The position numbers were made by a program, and so were the translations under genes. The notes beneath the pieces are model-generated. The model had not been told where the DNA came from and searched no databases. It was given only the letters and a program-made list of their open reading frames with translations. Below, one piece after another: positions 61,010-64,000 of a stretch of DNA of 64,000 bases. Source of the DNA: Phyllosticta citribraziliensis (Eukaryota); NCBI RefSeq assembly GCF_038025025.1, contig NW_027117341.1:2232001-2296000 (forward strand). The letters run 5' to 3'. Position 1 is the first letter of the stretch. Each line of letters begins with the position of its first letter.

Positions 61010-61680
61010 GGAGAAGAGTAGCGGGACCGCGGTGTCGTTGGGTCGGTTTCGCGGAGGTGTGCCAAAGGATCTTGATCTGGTTTAGACTACGAATACAGAA
61101 TAGCAACCTATCAGTTTTATAAGTATAATTACTTAGACTAAGAGGGGGAGGGAGGATGAGGTAGGCGTACCACTTTAATAGTACCTCACTTTGGCAATGA
61201 GACATGATGACACCAAATAGTGAGAGCGAGGCTGGAAGAGTAGTAGGACCGCAGTGTCATTAGGTTGGTTTCACAGAGGTGTGCCAAAGGATCTTGATCC
61301 GGTTCGGACTACGAACACAGAATGGCAACCTGTCGGTTTTGTGAGCACAATTGCTTGGACTGAGAGGGGGAGGGAGGATGAGGTATGCGTACCACTTTGA
61401 CAGCACCTCACTTCGGCAATGAGACATGATGACACCGAACAGCGAGAGCGAGGCTGGAAGAGTAGCAGGACCGCGGTGTCGTTGGGTCGGTTTCGCAGAG
61501 GTGTGCCAAAGGATCTTGATCCGGTTCGGACTACGAACACAGAATGGCAACCTGTCGGTTTTGTGAGCACAATCGCTTGGACTGAGAGGGGGAGGGAGCA
61601 TGAGGTAGGCGTACCACTTTGACAGCACCTCACTTCGGCAATGAGACTCGACGATACCGAACAGCGAGAGCGAGGCCGGT
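61010..61680 (-). repeat. Tandem exon+intron units, 222-bp period, three copies, one RIP-mutated
   Basis: Anchors ccaaaggatcttgatc at 61062, 61284 and 61506; 63-nt intron plus 159-nt exon. Confidence 0.9.
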
Positions 61681-63037
61681 AGCTGAGGGCGAAGCTGGCC
61701 GATGATGATGCGATATAGAGGACGAGGACAAGGACAAGGGCGAAGCTGGCGGATGAGATGGGGATGACCTGAAGAGGATGAGGGCGAGGCTGGCGGGTGG
61801 CGAGAGTGAGGGAAGACGAGAGTGAGAGAAGAGGAAAGATTGTTGAGGAGAGATGGTTGAGGGAGCGAGAGGGAGAGAGAGAAAGAGATGAGTCGGTTGA
61901 GAGTAACAGAGGGAAGGAAGGTCCCATGAAGTGAGCGGTGTGCGGCGGGGTGGCTGCCGTGGGCGGCAAGAACCACCCCGCCTGGACCTCACCGACGCCG
62001 TGCAGCCGAGGGACGCCCGCCGGCGCAAACACCACGGCAAAGGCAAAGGTGCTCACTACCTACCAATGACGGGAGCGAATGGTCGACCAAGCCAAGGCGT
62101 GCGCCAGAGGCAGGCGGGAGGCAGAGGGCAGGGCGGCTGCGGTGAGGTTGGAGCATCCGCGTTGGCGGCCGTAGATGGGGACTCCACGTCGTACTGCCGG
62201 CAACAAGAGCGGCGTCCGTCGAACAGGCGATGCAAAAAAGCAGAAGGTCAAGGTTGCTTGCTCGGGATGGGACATGGCTATGTATGGGCATTGAATTGGT
62301 GCATGTACATGTATGTAGTTTGTGCGGTGGTGGTGAGGTTTGGACCAAGACCCGACAGGGGAGTCACCACTCGGCCAGTCGGGCCGGCGCCGGCGGCGGG
62401 GTGAAGACGGGACCTAAGGACCCCCGGCGGGCGGGCCTGCAGGTGGGGGCCGGGTGCCGGCGGTGAACGCCCGGTCCGTCTTCGGTTCCGGGATGGATGG
62501 ATCTGCCCGCGGGCGGTCCGGGTCCCTCCCGTCACCACCATTTGGCTGTTCGCCGCAGCATTCCCTCCAAGCACCAGCGACGCGCGCGTCAGATTCAGCC
62601 CAGGCACCCACCTGCCCTCCTCGCGCTACCCGGCCTGTTCTCCATGTCTTTGGCACTGCTGCTCGGTGGTTGTGAGGGCGACTGCGGGCTCCGACACGAG
62701 GTCGGGGAAGTGCTCGGGTGGGAGGCTGAGTCGTCGCAGTCGATGGAGGCGCGACCGACTTTTTGCTACTGGGTCACAACTGGGGGCGGCTGAGGGCATA
62801 CGGTAGTGCGTGTGTTTCACGGGTGCGCGGCGCCTTGGAATGCGGCCGTCGCTTGAATCCTCGTCGTGGGGCTTTGTGTCAAAATGCATCGTATCTTTTT
62901 GCTTTCGCCGTCCGCCGCCGCTTTCATCTCGTCTGCTTTGACCATCATCATCATGCTTGATCAGCAGGCAAATCAAAGGAAGCGCCACGACTTGGTCGGT
63001 CGGGCGGCAATCAACCTGCCGTAAGCAGTTGGTGTGG

Positions 63038-63204
63038 GCGAGTTCCGCCAGGGGCCTGTGCGTGAGTTCCGCCAGGGGCCTGTGCGTGAGTTCCGCCAGG
63101 GGCCTATACGTGAGTTCCACTAGGGGCCTACGCTCGAGTGAGTTCCGCCAGGGGCCTGTGCGTGAGCGAGTTTCGCTAGGGGGGCCTGCGCGCGAGTTCC
63201 GCCC
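63038..63204. repeat. 24-bp minisatellite, ~7 copies
   Basis: gtgagttccgccaggggcctgtgc at 63038, 63062, 63086, 63110, 63138 and degenerate copies after. Confidence 0.9.
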
Positions 63205-63479
63205 GGAGACGTGCCGCAGATGGCCTCATAGAGTAGGGTGGGAGCTGCGGCGGCGGGGGCGGCGGCGCAACAGTCGGCGGTACACGGCGGCGGGAACACG
63301 GTCGGCTTGGGCCTCATCTTGGTCCTCATCATCCTTGTCACATCCACTGCGCATCGCAGGTCAGTGTTAGAGCGCTCATAGTGCGTGCGTAGACAGGAGA
63401 ATTCTTACCAACTCATGCTTGCGCCGGACGTTTTCGTACGTCTCTGTGCCCTCCTCGTGGAAAACAGATGCACGACGAC

Positions 63480-64000
63480 ATGGCGCCCACACCAACGAAA
63501 AGGCTCTCAAGGAGGGCGCGCAAGCGCGCTGTAAGTCCGTAATCCATGAGCATCATCGTGGCACTAACCCACTGACCTTTTTTTCTTTTCAGTGCGACCA
63601 ATGCAATGCATGCCACCACCGCTACATGCCCCTCAGCGGCGAAGATCCGCAAGGTGTACCCGATGTTGGGACAGGGGTCTGACCTGCCGAGCTTCTCCCT
63701 CGTCCCACCTACAGTACTCAAGACGAAACTCACCTTGGGCCTCTAAGCACCACTACCTTTGTCGCCCGCCTACCGTGGAGTTGAGGATGAGTGGTCTCCA
63801 GTACATAGCCAGTCCGCCCGTCATCATGTTGCAAAAATCGGAAGCCGGCGGCAGCAGCGGCAGCGGTCGTGACAGCATCATGACGGACGCCTACACGGTG
63901 ACGGACGACGACACCATGACGGACGCCGACGCCACGGGCAAGCGCGCGATGGATGACGCCACCATGGCCGACGCCGGCGAGATGCAGCAGCCCATAACAA
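63480..64000 (+). pseudogene. Disrupted Zn(II)2Cys6 transcription factor (runs off the window)
   Basis: Exon 1 MAPTPTKRLSRRARKRA, intron 63531-63592, exon 2 CDQCNACHHRY (third Cys now TAC at 63623). A frameshift near 63650 leads to RCTRCWDRGLTC; that frame stays open to 64000. Confidence 0.7.

Larger units (their letters stand above)
57870..62050 (-). other. Intron-dense locus without a long ORF, paralog B (inverted relative to 18420-25400)
   Basis: 59270-59410 is the near reverse complement of 18960-19090. The 5' pyrimidine-rich leader (61700-62050) resembles 18420-18770. Many GTACGY...CTRAC...CAG introns. Confidence 0.6.

Noticed and set aside
59270..61680. CRISPR-like repeat/spacer arrays
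   Set aside because: Whole units are repeated with no unique spacers, the DNA is eukaryotic with splice signals, and there are no cas genes.
7760..64000. Starship captain (DUF3435 tyrosine recombinase) or any intact transposase
   Set aside because: The cargo looks accessory, but I found no tyrosine-recombinase or DDE catalytic motifs in any frame or in the intron-rich loci. One could lie outside the window.
1..64000. tRNA or rRNA genes
   Set aside because: No cloverleaf, A/B box or rRNA-like conserved sequence was noticed by eye.

Overview
Fungal (RIP-competent filamentous ascomycete) genomic DNA. Bases 1-~7760 are an AT-rich block destroyed by repeat-induced point mutation (RIP). It holds a Ty3/Gypsy gag-protease relic (zinc knuckle, -1 slippery site and DTG protease motif can be recovered by reversing RIP changes), an internal (CCCTAA)n tract and three tandem satellites. 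The remaining ~56 kb is a GC-rich accessory-type region with no recognisable housekeeping gene and many frameshifted pseudogenes. Recognisable genes are a Ulp1/C48 protease, one intact and one broken Zn2Cys6 regulator, and several coiled-coil proteins. Three things stand out. (1) A cluster at 38-52 kb of small CCCH zinc-finger/coiled-coil genes, J-domain-like genes (HPD, HSD and HPD-lost variants) and membrane-anchored proteins, including a three-gene module present once intact and once decayed. (2) Two inward-facing paralogous, very intron-rich loci without a long ORF (18.4-25.4 kb +, 57.9-62.1 kb -), built by tandem duplication of whole exon+intron units, which bracket ~44 kb. (3) An intronless, frameshifted pseudogene at 26.65-27.8 kb whose composition suggests a possible endogenised mycovirus gene. 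All homology calls come from motif reading by eye; no database search was run.
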